39,022 bases of DNA from an uncultured Candidatus Saccharibacteria bacterium (GCA_964408725.1 CAYPAN010000001.1:1-39022); one strand, 5' to 3'. Positions 8,067 through 17,710 are shown, numbered from the stretch's first letter. Notes: a model not told the origin generated them from the letters alone. Numbers and translations: made by a program.

Positions 8067-9191
8067 TTAAAATCTTTCAGTGTCTATAAGTTTTGAGTAT
8101 CCCTTTAAAAAATCATCAAAAACTTTTTCCCAAGTATGCTTTTTGGCAAAATTCAAACAGCTATTTTGCAGACGTTTTCGTAATTGTTCATTGTAGAGTA
8201 ATAAGGTGACTTTTTCACAAAAATCTTCAATATTATTAGGCCGTGCCAAAAATCCATTTTCCCCGTTTTTAACCAGAGAATTTGAACCTCCGGCGTCGGC
8301 AACAATAGGGACTAGCCCAGATGCCATAGCTTCAATGGTAACATTCCCGAATGTTTCAGTGCTTGAGGGAAAAATAAAAATATCGGAAGAAGCATATACC
8401 CTTGAAAGTTCTGTCCCTTCTATGTGTCCAAGAAATAACGCTCCCGGCATAAGAAGTTCAAGTTCTTTGCGTGCGGGGCCATCGCCGGCGATAATCATAC
8501 AGAAATTATTTTGGCGATTTTTAAGCAAGTTATACACCTTGGCCAGTGTGCGTAAATCTTTTTCCCAAGTAAGCCGACAAACACACAAAAGAATCTCCTC
8601 ATTTTTTCCATTAAGAATTTTGTTCCGCCATTCTAATGAACGAAAAGAAATATCAAATTTTTCAAATTCTACCCCCCAGGGAATAGTGTAAACATTCGGT
8701 ATGCCATTTTTCTCCAGTTCTTGACTTACAACCTGAGCCGGCGTGGTAGTAAAATTCATTTGTTTATATAATTTCTTCAAAAGAAACCAAACAAAAGTTT
8801 TTAAAAAAGATAAACGGTAATAAACAAGGTATCGCGCAAAATCAGTGTGATATGTGGCGACGATTGGAACTTTATGTTTTTTAGAATACTTTAAAGCAGC
8901 CCAAGCGATTGTGTCAGGACTGTGAATATGAATTATATCAGGCCTAAATTCTTTCAATTTTTTTTCAAACCCGCGCATACCGGGCAATGGCAAGTGGTAA
9001 TCTTTATACAATGGGAAAATTATTGACGGGACTTGCACAACAGGCACTGGTGAGATTGATTCATCTTCCGCCCAACCGGTAATAATAATCGATTCAACAC
9101 CCCTTTTTTGCCCTTCATTTATTAACGCCAAGAGTACACGGGCAACACCATCTTCTTTCTTTAATGTACCGATAAAGTAAGCAATCTTCAT
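8067..9191 (-). CDS. Glycosyltransferase family 4 (GT-B fold)
   Basis: 374 aa. N-terminal GT4 domain (MKIAYFIGTL...GVARV) and the C-terminal signature FIFPSSTETFGNVTIEAMASGLPIV-like block (EX7E). Confidence 0.8.
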   Translation of the reverse strand: MKIAYFIGTLKKEDGVARVLLALINEGQKRGVESIIITGWAEDESISPVPVVQVPSIIFPLYKDYHLPLPGMRGFEKKLKEFRPDIIHIHSPDTIAWAALKYSKKHKVPIVATYHTDFARYLVYYRLSFLKTFVWFLLKKLYKQMNFTTTPAQVVSQELEKNGIPNVYTIPWGVEFEKFDISFRSLEWRNKILNGKNEEILLCVCRLTWEKDLRTLAKVYNLLKNRQNNFCMIIAGDGPARKELELLMPGALFLGHIEGTELSRVYASSDIFIFPSSTETFGNVTIEAMASGLVPIVADAGGSNSLVKNGENGFLARPNNIEDFCEKVTLLLYNEQLRKRLQNSCLNFAKKHTWEKVFDDFLKGYSKLIDTERF

Positions 9192-9200
9192 ATAGTAAAA

Positions 9201-9602
9201 TTAACTGAAAGAATCTAAAATTCTTTTCTTCAAATTGGTCGAGGAGTAATTGTGCCCGCGGGAATTAAAAATAACTTTAATGGACAAGTCCTCTCCAGTA
9301 AAATGTTTACCCTGCCAATCAGCTCCGAGAAAACGCACATCGGGTTTTATTTTTTTTAGCAGGTTATACAAATCCGCTTCCGTATCATACAAAACTATCT
9401 GGTCAACATATTTACAACCTTCTAACCTGATTTTTCTTTCTTCAATTGTTTCTATGGGTTTACTTTTTTCCGGTCTATCGATAGTGGGGTCTGTTTGAAG
9501 ACCGACAATCAAAAAGTCACACTGCGCGCGAATTTCCTTCAGCATAAGAATATGTCCCGCATGCAACAAGTCAAAAGCTCCGCAAGTAAATCCTTTTATC
9601 AT
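9201..9602 (-). CDS. Cytidylyl/adenylyltransferase-family protein (TagD/RfaE-domain-II-like nucleotidyltransferase)
   Basis: 133 aa. GFTCGAFDLLHAGHILML matches the (H/T)xGH nucleotidyltransferase motif. Adjacent to the glycosyltransferase gene. Confidence 0.75.
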   Translation of the reverse strand: MIKGFTCGAFDLLHAGHILMLKEIRAQCDFLIVGLQTDPTIDRPEKSKPIETIEERKIRLEGCKYVDQIVLYDTEADLYNLLKKIKPDVRFLGADWQGKHFTGEDLSIKVIFNSRGHNYSSTNLKKRILDSFS

Positions 9603-9693
9603 AGCTATGTATTATACTCTAAAGTGCAAAGAAGTAAAAAATACCTTATAATACGTGCACCAAAATGGATGTTAAAACGTATATAATACGCAT

Positions 9694-10098
9694 ATGGAGA
9701 AAGAACTAATAAAAGTATTTCATAAAGCCAAGTATGAAGAAGGGTCTGGCTTGGCTCTCAATATTTGGCAGAAAATAGTTATGCGTGATAGGCGTATAGC
9801 GCGTTTAAAGTTGTGGGCCTTTTCTTCTATCGGACTTGTTTCTCTTATAGGACTCATACCTGCGGGAAAATCGCTGTTTAACGATTTAGGGCAATCGGGC
9901 CTTTACGAATATTTCTCTTTACTGTTTTCCAGCGGCAACTCAATCTTTTCTTACTGGAAAGAACTCGCTCTTTCTATTGCCGAATCATTGCCAATAATGA
10001 GTATCATCCTATCCCTAACGCTCGTTTTTATCTTATTCTTATCATTTAAATATGCGTCGAGGCAAATCATAAAAGGACAATTATTATTATCGTTTTAA
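9694..10098 (+). CDS. Hypothetical membrane protein
   Basis: 134-aa ORF with two or three hydrophobic spans and no catalytic motif. Confidence 0.45.
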   Translation: MEKELIKVFHKAKYEEGSGLALNIWQKIVMRDRRIARLKLWAFSSIGLVSLIGLIPAGKSLFNDLGQSGLYEYFSLLFSSGNSIFSYWKELALSIAESLPIMSIILSLTLVFILFLSFKYASRQIIKGQLLLSF

Positions 10099-10107
10099 AT
10101 CTAAAAT

Positions 10108-10605
10108 ATGAAAAAAATATACGAAGATATAAAAAAGATTTTTGAGTCAAAAGTTTCAACTAAAGTTTTAGTTGTAATCGGGGTTGTCATAGTTGCCTTA
10201 CTAATCTTCTATGCCGGAGTTGCTGTCGGCTTTCTCAAAGCGTCTTTTGCGCACAATTGGGAAGAAAATTATGAGCGTAACTTTGGAATGAGGCCCGACA
10301 GTTTTATGTTTGGCAAAGACAATTTTCCAAATGCCCACGGCGCGATAGGTAAAGTTATAAAAATAGAATTGCCTACCATAATAGTCCAAGGCATAGATAA
10401 TACGGAAAAAGTAGTTCTAATAAACGACGATACGCAAATACAAAAAATCAAAGAAGTCGTTACGGCTCCAGATTTGAAAATAGACGATTCCGTTGTTGTT
10501 ATAGGAACTCCCAATGCGCAAGGTCAAATAGAAGCAAAACTTATCAGAATAATGCCACTTGGTATGCCTGCTCCCTTAGGGCAGATGCCGGCGCCAACAA
10601 AATAA
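10108..10605 (+). CDS. Membrane-anchored DUF5666-like protein
   Basis: N-terminal TM (VLVVIGVVIVALLIFYAGVAV). The C-terminal beta domain GKVIKIELPTIIVQG...IDDSVVVIGTPNAQGQIEAKLIRI resembles the domains at 1910-2710 and 14296-14751. Confidence 0.55.
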   Translation: MKKIYEDIKKIFESKVSTKVLVVIGVVIVALLIFYAGVAVGFLKASFAHNWEENYERNFGMRPDSFMFGKDNFPNAHGAIGKVIKIELPTIIVQGIDNTEKVVLINDDTQIQKIKEVVTAPDLKIDDSVVVIGTPNAQGQIEAKLIRIMPLGMPAPLGQMPAPTK

Positions 10606-10606
10606 T

Positions 10607-12313
10607 ATGAAGGAATATTTTAAAAAAGTTAAGTCTTACATTATTCTACATAAGATAATCAGCGCTGTTATACTGGTGATAGTTTTACTCGCCATATATT
10701 GGGGATATGGAAAACTCACCACAACCAGCGGTGAAACCAGATATGTTACGGCTTTAGTTACCAAGGGTACTATCATTTCATCTGTTTCTGGTAGCGGCCA
10801 AGTGTCCGCCTCAGACCAAATTAATATCACTCCGACTGTTTCGGGCGTCATTACCAGCGTAAATGTCAATCCGGGAGATTATGTGACGGAAGGCAAAACA
10901 CTTTTCGTTATTGACGATACCAATGCGGAGAAAGCGGTGAGAGACGCGGAGATAAATCTGCAAAATGCAAACTTGTCGCTTCAAAAACTTCAAATTCAAA
11001 ATTCGGACACAAACTTAAATGATACCTTGGCGTCATCTTATGATAACGGTTTTACCGCCATATCAAATGCGTTTTTGGATATGCCTTCCATAATGAACGG
11101 ACTTACGACAATGTTCTTCCAAAGCGACTCTAAAATAAGCGGACAATGGTATGCCAATTGGTATGCCGAACAAGTCGGACAAAACGACACAAACACAGTT
11201 CTTATTTATAAACAAAATCTAACAAATTCTTATAATGCCGCATTGGCAGCATATAATAAAAATTTTGACGATTACAAATCAATTTCAAGAACTTCCGACA
11301 GCGCCGCTATTGATAATTTAATATCGGAAACATACAATACGACGAAACTTCTTGCCGATATTACAAAAGACGCAAATAGCTATATTGATTTTGTTAATAA
11401 TTCAATGCAGACATACAATTTTAATATACCGGCAATAATAGCAACCCATAAAGCGTTATTGAACACCTACACATCTGAAATTAACTCTCACTTAAGCAGT
11501 CTCTTGTCGTCCGAGACGACCATTCAAAATAACAAAGATGCGTTTCCGAATTCTGATTTGGAAACACAGACCACGCAATTAAGCATAAAGCAGGCGCAAA
11601 ATGCCCTGCTCGACGCGCAAAATAATTTGGCTGATTATTACATCAAAGCGCCGTTTGACGGGATAATAGCGAGTGTGCCCGTCATAAAAGGAGACAACGC
11701 CGGCTCCGGAACAACGTTGGGGACAATTATCACTTCAAAAGATATAGCGACAATTCCGCTGAACGAAGTGGACGTGGCAAAAATAGCCCTTGGAGAAAAA
11801 GCTACTCTTACTTTTGACGCTATTTCGGACCTGACAATAACGGGTAAGGTGGTGCAAATCGATTCTTTGGGTACTGTTTCTTCTGGAGTTGTTAATTACA
11901 ACGTGAAAATAAGTTTTGACACCGGTGATATTAGGGTAAAACCGGGAATGAGCGTAGACGCGGAAATAATTACCAATGTGAAACAAGATATTTTGACGGT
12001 GCCAAATAGCGCCATAAAGACTCAAGGAAATGCCAGTTATGTACAAATGTTCGACACTGCCTTGCCTGCCCCGACAGCAGGAGTACAAGGCTCCGTTTCT
12101 CTTGTACCACCTAGAAATCAAACTGTTCAAATTGGAGTCTCTGATGACACATCCACGGAAATTGTTTCGGGATTGAATGAAGGAGACCAAGTGGTAACAA
12201 AAACAATCACATCTACAACCGCAACAACTACTTCGGCCCCTAGTCTGCTTAATGCCGTAGGCGGCAGAGGCGGAGCAGCTGTCGGAGGAGCAACTCGAGC
12301 ACTAGGCAGATAA
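10607..12313 (+). CDS. MacA/YknX-like periplasmic adaptor (HlyD family) with a long helical insert
   Basis: N-terminal TM and lipoyl-like motif (TPTVSGVITSVNVNPGDYVTEGKTLFVIDD ... YIKAPFDGIIASVPVIKGD). Immediately upstream of the MacB-type ATPase and permease. Confidence 0.8.
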   Translation: MKEYFKKVKSYIILHKIISAVILVIVLLAIYWGYGKLTTTSGETRYVTALVTKGTIISSVSGSGQVSASDQINITPTVSGVITSVNVNPGDYVTEGKTLFVIDDTNAEKAVRDAEINLQNANLSLQKLQIQNSDTNLNDTLASSYDNGFTAISNAFLDMPSIMNGLTTMFFQSDSKISGQWYANWYAEQVGQNDTNTVLIYKQNLTNSYNAALAAYNKNFDDYKSISRTSDSAAIDNLISETYNTTKLLADITKDANSYIDFVNNSMQTYNFNIPAIIATHKALLNTYTSEINSHLSSLLSSETTIQNNKDAFPNSDLETQTTQLSIKQAQNALLDAQNNLADYYIKAPFDGIIASVPVIKGDNAGSGTTLGTIITSKDIATIPLNEVDVAKIALGEKATLTFDAISDLTITGKVVQIDSLGTVSSGVVNYNVKISFDTGDIRVKPGMSVDAEIITNVKQDILTVPNSAIKTQGNASYVQMFDTALPAPTAGVQGSVSLVPPRNQTVQIGVSDDTSTEIVSGLNEGDQVVTKTITSTTATTTSAPSLLNAVGGRGGAAVGGATRALGR

Positions 12314-12317
12314 CAAA

Positions 12318-13031
12318 ATGATTGAAATAAAAAACATAACAAAAACATATAAAACCGGGAATGTTGAATTTCAAGCCCTAAAAGGAGTGAGTTTTACCAT
12401 AAAAGACGGAGAATTCGTAGCCATTATGGGTCCATCCGGCTCCGGAAAGTCAACTTTGATGCATATACTAGGCGCCCTTGATAATCCCACGAGCGGAACC
12501 TATTTTCTGGATAATAAAGACGTCTCCACCTTGTCTGACGATGAATTGGCGGATATCCGCAAGGATAAAATCGGTTTTGTATTTCAATCATTTAACTTAT
12601 TGCCAAGAACAACGGTGCTTCGCAATGTAATGTTGCCACTTGTTTATGATGGTGTAGATGTAAATGAAAGAGAAGCTCGGGCAAAAAAATCATTAATTCT
12701 TGCCGGTTTGGATGAAGGACATTTTCACAATCTTTCCAATCAACTTTCCGGCGGTCAAATCCAGCGTGTGGCAATAGCCCGCGCATTAGTGAATGAACCA
12801 TCCCTAATTTTAGCCGATGAACCAACGGGAAATCTGGATTCCAAAACAAGTGAAATAGTTCTGGGAACTTTCCAGAAATTAAACAAGGAGCTTGGTCGTA
12901 CTATTGTGCTTATTACTCACGAACAAGACATAGCTGAACATGCTGATAGAATTCTTTTCATTAAAGATGGATTACTGACGGCAGACAGCACGACCCACTC
13001 AAAAAGAATAGCTAACCACGATTTAAAATAA
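12318..13031 (+). CDS. ABC transporter ATP-binding protein, MacB/LolD/YknY type
   Basis: Walker A GPSGSGKST, signature LSGGQIQRVAIARAL, Walker B LILADEPTGNLD. Confidence 0.9.
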   Translation: MIEIKNITKTYKTGNVEFQALKGVSFTIKDGEFVAIMGPSGSGKSTLMHILGALDNPTSGTYFLDNKDVSTLSDDELADIRKDKIGFVFQSFNLLPRTTVLRNVMLPLVYDGVDVNEREARAKKSLILAGLDEGHFHNLSNQLSGGQIQRVAIARALVNEPSLILADEPTGNLDSKTSEIVLGTFQKLNKELGRTIVLITHEQDIAEHADRILFIKDGLLTADSTTHSKRIANHDLK

Positions 13032-13035
13032 ATAT

Positions 13036-14259
13036 ATGAAAACTTACGATATTTTACATGAAACATTCTCTTCTTTATTCACCAACAAGGCCAGGTCTGG
13101 GCTTACTATGCTTGGCATTATCATCGGTATTGCTTCAGTGATTGCCATGACTGCTATAGGTCAAGGAGCCCAAAATTCCATATCTTCAAGCATAGAGTCC
13201 ATAGGGGCAAATTTGGTTATGATTATGCCGGGGGCCGCGCGTACTTTTGGCGGACCCTCTGCCGGCCGTGGCGGAGCATTATCCCTCACGGTGGAAGATG
13301 CCGATGCAATTGCTTCTCAAGTTTCAAATGTGGCAGGAGTTGTGCGTGAAGTTTCTTCCCGCAAACAAGTGACGGCCCTGGGAACAAACACAAATACGAG
13401 TATTATGGGCACCGAACCTTCATACACGACAGTTCGTAATGTTTCTGTTGATGAAGGAAATTTCATAACTGCTCAAAATGTGACAAGCGGTTCAAAAGTG
13501 GCAGTACTGGGACCGACCACCAGAGATGATTTGTTCGGCGTGGGAGCCACAGGTGTCGTCGGACAAAAAATTCGCATAGCCGGTACGGAATATGAAGTTG
13601 TCGGTATAACTGTGGCAAAGGGGGGTTCCGGTTTTAGTTCCTCTGATGACATTATTTATATACCATATACAACAGCGCAAAGATATATTTCTGGAAATAA
13701 ATATTTAAGTGAGATTGACGTTTCGGCCCAAAGTTCCAGTGCATCCACGCAAGTGCAAAATGATATAACGACATTACTGCTCAACCGACATAATATAGCG
13801 GACCCGACAAAAGCCGACTTTAACATACTAAACGAAGCCGACATTATTTCCACTGCTTCAAGCGTGACGGGAACACTCACTACCCTGCTCGCCGCGGTCG
13901 CCGGCATTTCACTTATTGTCGGTGGAATCGGAATTATGAATATGATGTTGACCACAGTGACAGAACGCACCAGGGAAATTGGTTTAAGAAAAGCGATTGG
14001 CGCAAAAAAGAGCGACATCAATAAACAATTTTTAGTGGAAGCAATACTCTTAACTTTTACCGGAGGATTTATCGGAATAGTTTTTGGGTGGCTAATATCA
14101 TTTGGCGTGGGATATTTTAACATATTGCAGGCATCCGTTTCTTTGTCTTCCGTAATTCTTGCCTTTGGAGTATCGGCCCTCATAGGCATAGTTTTCGGTT
14201 ATTACCCTGCTCGCCGCGCGGCAAATTTAAATCCAATAGACGCGCTACGATATGAGTAA
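13036..14259 (+). CDS. ABC transporter permease, MacB/FtsX family (YknZ-like)
   Basis: 407 aa. One N-terminal TM, a large extracytoplasmic MacB_PCD-like domain, and a C-terminal FtsX 3-TM bundle ending in YYPARRAANLNPIDALRYE. Confidence 0.9.
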   Translation: MKTYDILHETFSSLFTNKARSGLTMLGIIIGIASVIAMTAIGQGAQNSISSSIESIGANLVMIMPGAARTFGGPSAGRGGALSLTVEDADAIASQVSNVAGVVREVSSRKQVTALGTNTNTSIMGTEPSYTTVRNVSVDEGNFITAQNVTSGSKVAVLGPTTRDDLFGVGATGVVGQKIRIAGTEYEVVGITVAKGGSGFSSSDDIIYIPYTTAQRYISGNKYLSEIDVSAQSSSASTQVQNDITTLLLNRHNIADPTKADFNILNEADIISTASSVTGTLTTLLAAVAGISLIVGGIGIMNMMLTTVTERTREIGLRKAIGAKKSDINKQFLVEAILLTFTGGFIGIVFGWLISFGVGYFNILQASVSLSSVILAFGVSALIGIVFGYYPARRAANLNPIDALRYE

Positions 14260-14295
14260 ATTATTAGTGATTATTAGTTAATAAAAAATAAACAT

Positions 14296-14751
14296 ATGAG
14301 TAAAAATAAAAAAATAGTTTTGATAATAGTGGGAATTATAGTTTTGGTAGGGGTATTTTATGCAGGCATGTCTTACGGCAAAAGCAGTTCTAGTGTAGCA
14401 TCAAGCGTAACCGGAGCCGGCATATTTACTGGCCAATTCGGCGCAAATAGAGGCGTGGGCAGAGCGGCTGGTGGAGGACTTATAAATGGCAAAATAATTT
14501 CCAAAGACGCCGACAGCATTACTATCCAAATAATGAATATAAATCCGACCTCGGCAACCACGGCAACGCAAAGCGGGTCAAAAATAGTTTTTCTGGACAC
14601 AAGTACCCCTATCACAAAAACAACTTTCGGAACAATAAGTGATTTGATAACAGGTAAGGAAGTTTTGGTCACTGGCACTACAAATACTGACGGCAGTGTC
14701 ACGGCAAATTCTATCCAAATAAGACCCCAAACGGCTACCGCTAAACAGTAA
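14296..14751 (+). CDS. Membrane-anchored DUF5666-like protein
   Basis: Signal anchor (IVLIIVGIIVLVGVFYAG), Gly-rich linker, then GKIISKDADSITIQI...LITGKEVLVTGTTNTDGSVTANSIQI. Confidence 0.55.
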   Translation: MSKNKKIVLIIVGIIVLVGVFYAGMSYGKSSSSVASSVTGAGIFTGQFGANRGVGRAAGGGLINGKIISKDADSITIQIMNINPTSATTATQSGSKIVFLDTSTPITKTTFGTISDLITGKEVLVTGTTNTDGSVTANSIQIRPQTATAKQ

Positions 14752-14784
14752 AATACCATATTTTTAATGGAAAAATTACAAAGG

Positions 14785-14814
14785 GTCAGGGGGCTTAACT
14801 CCCTTGACTTTTTT
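14785..14814 (+). terminator. Intrinsic terminator
   Basis: GTCAGGGGG-CTTAA-CTCCCTTGAC hairpin followed by TTTTTT, 34 nt after the stop of the upstream gene. Confidence 0.6.
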
Positions 14815-14841
14815 GTATAAGGTGATATACTAAGAACAATA

Positions 14842-15891
14842 ATGAATACAAAAACGAAACTATTTATAGTGGGTATGGTTGCCTTTTTAGGGCTTTTTAT
14901 GAGTGTAAATACAGTCTCCGCCCAGATGTTTATAGGGGCTCCAAATGTCACCACAAATTTGGCTACTAATATTGGTAATAATACCGTAACCCTCAATGGT
15001 TATGTCAGTTCAATCAATAACGCAAACGTGTATGCTTGGTTTGAATGGGGCATAAATTCATATTACGGCAATCAAACAAATCAAGTAGACTACGGCGCAA
15101 ATATCGGTACCAGTTATAGCTATTATTTAAGCGGCCTTTCGGAAAACACTGTTTACTACTTCCGCGCTGTGGCCGAAAATAACAACGGCCAAATTACCTA
15201 CGGCAATCAAATGACTTTCACAACTACCGGCAATACTTGTCCTTCTTACAATTGTTATGCAAGCCAACCTATTGTCACAACCTATTCCGCAACGGGAATT
15301 AACGATACTTCTGCTATGCTGAATGGAAATGTTGACCCCAATGGATACTACGCCACAAGATGGTTTGAATGGGGCACAAACAGCGGTTACTTTTACAATT
15401 CCACTAATAAAATAAATTCAAGCTACCCTGTTAATTTTAGCGAGTTGTTATACAACCTTAATCCGGGCACCACATATTACTATCGCGCGACCGCGCAAAA
15501 CGGTAACGGAATACCTGTTTACGGAAACGTGTCGGTTTTCATAACAAGCCCTAAGATTACAGCAAATGTATACGTGCCACCCACAACCACAACAACGACT
15601 ACTACCCCCGTAAATACAGAACCGCCCGCTCAAAGCATTATAAAAAATAGCGCCAAAAACGGAGCAACAACTGATAACGCGCAAAAAACAACCGCGCCTG
15701 CGGAAGAAACATCCGTAGTTCAGCAAGGCGCATTGGCTGTGTTGCTGGGGGGTAATTTTCTACCGAATTCCCTATTGGGATGGCTTTTGATTATCTTACT
15801 GCTCAACCTGCTTATTCTGGCTGCCAGAAAAACATATTATGGAACCAAAATGGTTGCGAGTCCGGTTCCGGAAAATACGAAAGAAAAATAA
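14842..15891 (+). CDS. Surface protein with two FN3-like repeats, a Thr-rich stalk and a C-terminal TM anchor
   Basis: Signal peptide. Two ~95-aa repeats share TLNG.V...WFEWG...Y......YY.RA.A.N.NG..YGN. Followed by PPTTTTTTTTP and the C-terminal hydrophobic LLGWLLIILLLNLLILAARK. Confidence 0.65.
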   Translation: MNTKTKLFIVGMVAFLGLFMSVNTVSAQMFIGAPNVTTNLATNIGNNTVTLNGYVSSINNANVYAWFEWGINSYYGNQTNQVDYGANIGTSYSYYLSGLSENTVYYFRAVAENNNGQITYGNQMTFTTTGNTCPSYNCYASQPIVTTYSATGINDTSAMLNGNVDPNGYYATRWFEWGTNSGYFYNSTNKINSSYPVNFSELLYNLNPGTTYYYRATAQNGNGIPVYGNVSVFITSPKITANVYVPPTTTTTTTTPVNTEPPAQSIIKNSAKNGATTDNAQKTTAPAEETSVVQQGALAVLLGGNFLPNSLLGWLLIILLLNLLILAARKTYYGTKMVASPVPENTKEK

Positions 15892-15899
15892 TATCAAAA

Positions 15900-16571
15900 A
15901 TGGAAGACTTATATCCGATGCGGATAAATAAATATTTGGCTTCCAAAAAAATCGCAACCAGAAGAGGCGCCGACGATTTGGTGCAAAAAAATAAAGTTTT
16001 TATAAATGGCAAATTGGCGGTACTCGGTAGCCGGGTAAACAAAATCGATATCGTGGAAGTAAAAGGAGTAGAAAAGAAAAAATACATTTATTTTGCTTAC
16101 AATAAACCGATAGGAATTGAAACCGGTTCTCCGAGAGAGGACCTATTCCCACTAGGGAGATTGGATAAAGCTTCGCACGGGCTTATGATACTTACGAATG
16201 ACGGACGCATTACAGACCAATTATTAAATCCAAAATATTTTCACGAAAAAGAATACACCGTCAAAACTTTGAATAAACTACGCTCAAGCTTCAAACAAAA
16301 AATGGAAACTGGAGTGAATATTGAGGGGTATCTTACTAAGAAATGCAAGGTGACTATCCTAAATAATTCCACTTTTAGAATAATACTGACTGAAGGAAAA
16401 AAACATCAAATCAGAAGAATGTGTTCCGCGCTCTTCCAAGAAGTTGCCGACTTGAAACGGGATAGAATTATGAATATAAAATTGGGCAATTTAAAACCTA
16501 ACGCTTTTCGGGAAATAAAGGGTGAAGAATTAGCCACCTTTTTGAATGCAACACTTGCTCAAAGCAAATAG
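15900..16571 (+). CDS. Pseudouridine synthase, RsuA/RluB family (S4 domain plus catalytic domain)
   Basis: ATG at 15900 (MEDLYPMRINKYLA) is chosen because the longer ORF from 15780 overlaps the upstream gene. S4 domain RINKYLASKKIATRRGADDLV. Catalytic motif GRLDKASHGLMILTNDG. Confidence 0.85.
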   Translation: MEDLYPMRINKYLASKKIATRRGADDLVQKNKVFINGKLAVLGSRVNKIDIVEVKGVEKKKYIYFAYNKPIGIETGSPREDLFPLGRLDKASHGLMILTNDGRITDQLLNPKYFHEKEYTVKTLNKLRSSFKQKMETGVNIEGYLTKKCKVTILNNSTFRIILTEGKKHQIRRMCSALFQEVADLKRDRIMNIKLGNLKPNAFREIKGEELATFLNATLAQSK

Positions 16572-16574
16572 ATA

Positions 16575-16603
16575 TTGACAAATTGACTACTATATACTAT
16601 ACT
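16575..16603 (+). promoter_or_regulatory. Sigma-70-type promoter of the cold-shock gene
   Basis: TTGACA (16575-16580), a 17-nt spacer, then TATACT (16598-16603). This leaves a 5' UTR of roughly 75 nt before the csp ATG, as is usual for csp mRNAs. Confidence 0.55.
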
Positions 16604-16681
16604 TAAGGGACAAAGTAGATTCGAAAAGAGTCGATTTCTAAGGGATATCTATTTGTAATTTAATAATAATAAAAAAAATCA

Positions 16682-16882
16682 ATGACTGGTACAATAAAAA
16701 GACTCGTAACTGAGAAAGGTTTCGGTTTCATCGCCGGAGAAGGCTTGCCGAAAGATTTATTCTTTCACAAAAATTCTCTTGTCGGAGTAAACTTCGAAGA
16801 ATTGCATGAAGGTGACGCTGTTTCTTTTGAAACAGAGGAATCTCCAAAAGGACCAAATGCCACGAACGTGCAACGCGCATAG
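16682..16882 (+). CDS. csp: Cold-shock domain protein (CspA family)
   Basis: 66 aa. RNP1-like KGFGFI and RNP2-like LFFHKNS motifs. Confidence 0.9.
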   Translation: MTGTIKRLVTEKGFGFIAGEGLPKDLFFHKNSLVGVNFEELHEGDAVSFETEESPKGPNATNVQRA

Positions 16883-16898
16883 TTCTGAGCTTTCCATT

Positions 16899-16925
16899 AA
16901 AAAAGCCCCCTTCGGGGGCTTTTTT
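16899..16925. terminator. Bidirectional intrinsic terminator
   Basis: AAAAAAGCCCCC-TTC-GGGGGCTTTTTT lies between the convergent csp and ABC-2 permease genes. Confidence 0.85.
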
Positions 16926-16941
16926 AATTTCCGTAAAAAAA

Positions 16942-17688
16942 TTACGCTTCCATTTTTTCAAATAAAAATCGTCCGATTAGGAAAACAACCAGAGAAAAAG
17001 CAAAGAGTACTAAAACATCAATCCACGGATTTAAGTTGGAGATGCCTTCAAAAACATAACGTAATCCGTCTATGCCATAGGAGAGCGGGTCAATTTTGCT
17101 CAAAAATCGCAGAGCTGCCGGAGCAGCATCAAGAGGAAAAATAGACCCGGAAAGAAAGAATAAGGGCATAACCAGAAAGTTCATTATAATGGGGAACGCC
17201 TGCATATCGGTAAGCTGGGAAGCTATGGAAGTGCCGAGTGCGGTAAAGAAAAAAGCGGTTAAGAACATAAATACAATCGCGGGGAAAATCATCAATGGAT
17301 GACTCATCTTAAAACCCACAAGAAAAGAAATCAAAAGCACCGCAATGCCCTGAATAACCGAAACCGTCGCCCCGCCTATAGTTCTGCCCAACATAATATT
17401 GAAACGGGATACCGGAGCAACCATTGTTTCCTTTAAAAAACCGAACTGCCTGTCCCAAATAAGCTCAATACCGCCGAATATAGCGGTGAAAACCACAGCC
17501 ATAGCCACGATACCCGGAACTAAAAATTGAATGTAGCTTCCCTCACCCGCTTTTTGGAATATAGAACCAAAGCCAAAACCGAACACCAAAAGAAAGAGAA
17601 GGGGCTGACCCAGAGAGCCTATAATCCTGGGCGTTGACCTGATGTATTTTTTTAATTGTCTTAACCAAAGTATGTATACTGTATTCAT
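16942..17688 (-). CDS. ABC-2 type transporter permease
   Basis: 248 aa with six hydrophobic spans. Downstream of a DrrA-like ATPase in the same operon. Confidence 0.8.
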   Translation of the reverse strand: MNTVYILWLRQLKKYIRSTPRIIGSLGQPLLFLLVFGFGFGSIFQKAGEGSYIQFLVPGIVAMAVVFTAIFGGIELIWDRQFGFLKETMVAPVSRFNIMLGRTIGGATVSVIQGIAVLLISFLVGFKMSHPLMIFPAIVFMFLTAFFFTALGTSIASQLTDMQAFPIIMNFLVMPLFFLSGSIFPLDAAPAALRFLSKIDPLSYGIDGLRYVFEGISNLNPWIDVLVLFAFSLVVFLIGRFLFEKMEA

Positions 17689-17710
17689 AAAATTTTTTCT
17701 AAATTATTTT

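Noticed and set aside
13656-14996. Long antisense ORFs (177 aa at 13656-14189 and 207 aa at 14373-14996)
   Set aside because: They lie opposite the well-supported FtsX permease and the DUF5666/FN3 genes, and they carry no motifs of their own. They are shadow ORFs.
15754-15831. Sortase-like sorting signal (LPNSL followed by a hydrophobic helix and ARK) in the FN3-like surface protein
   Set aside because: The motif deviates from LPXTG at both critical positions (S for T, L for G). The cytoplasmic tail (19 aa) is longer than typical sorting signals. It is more simply a C-terminal TM anchor.
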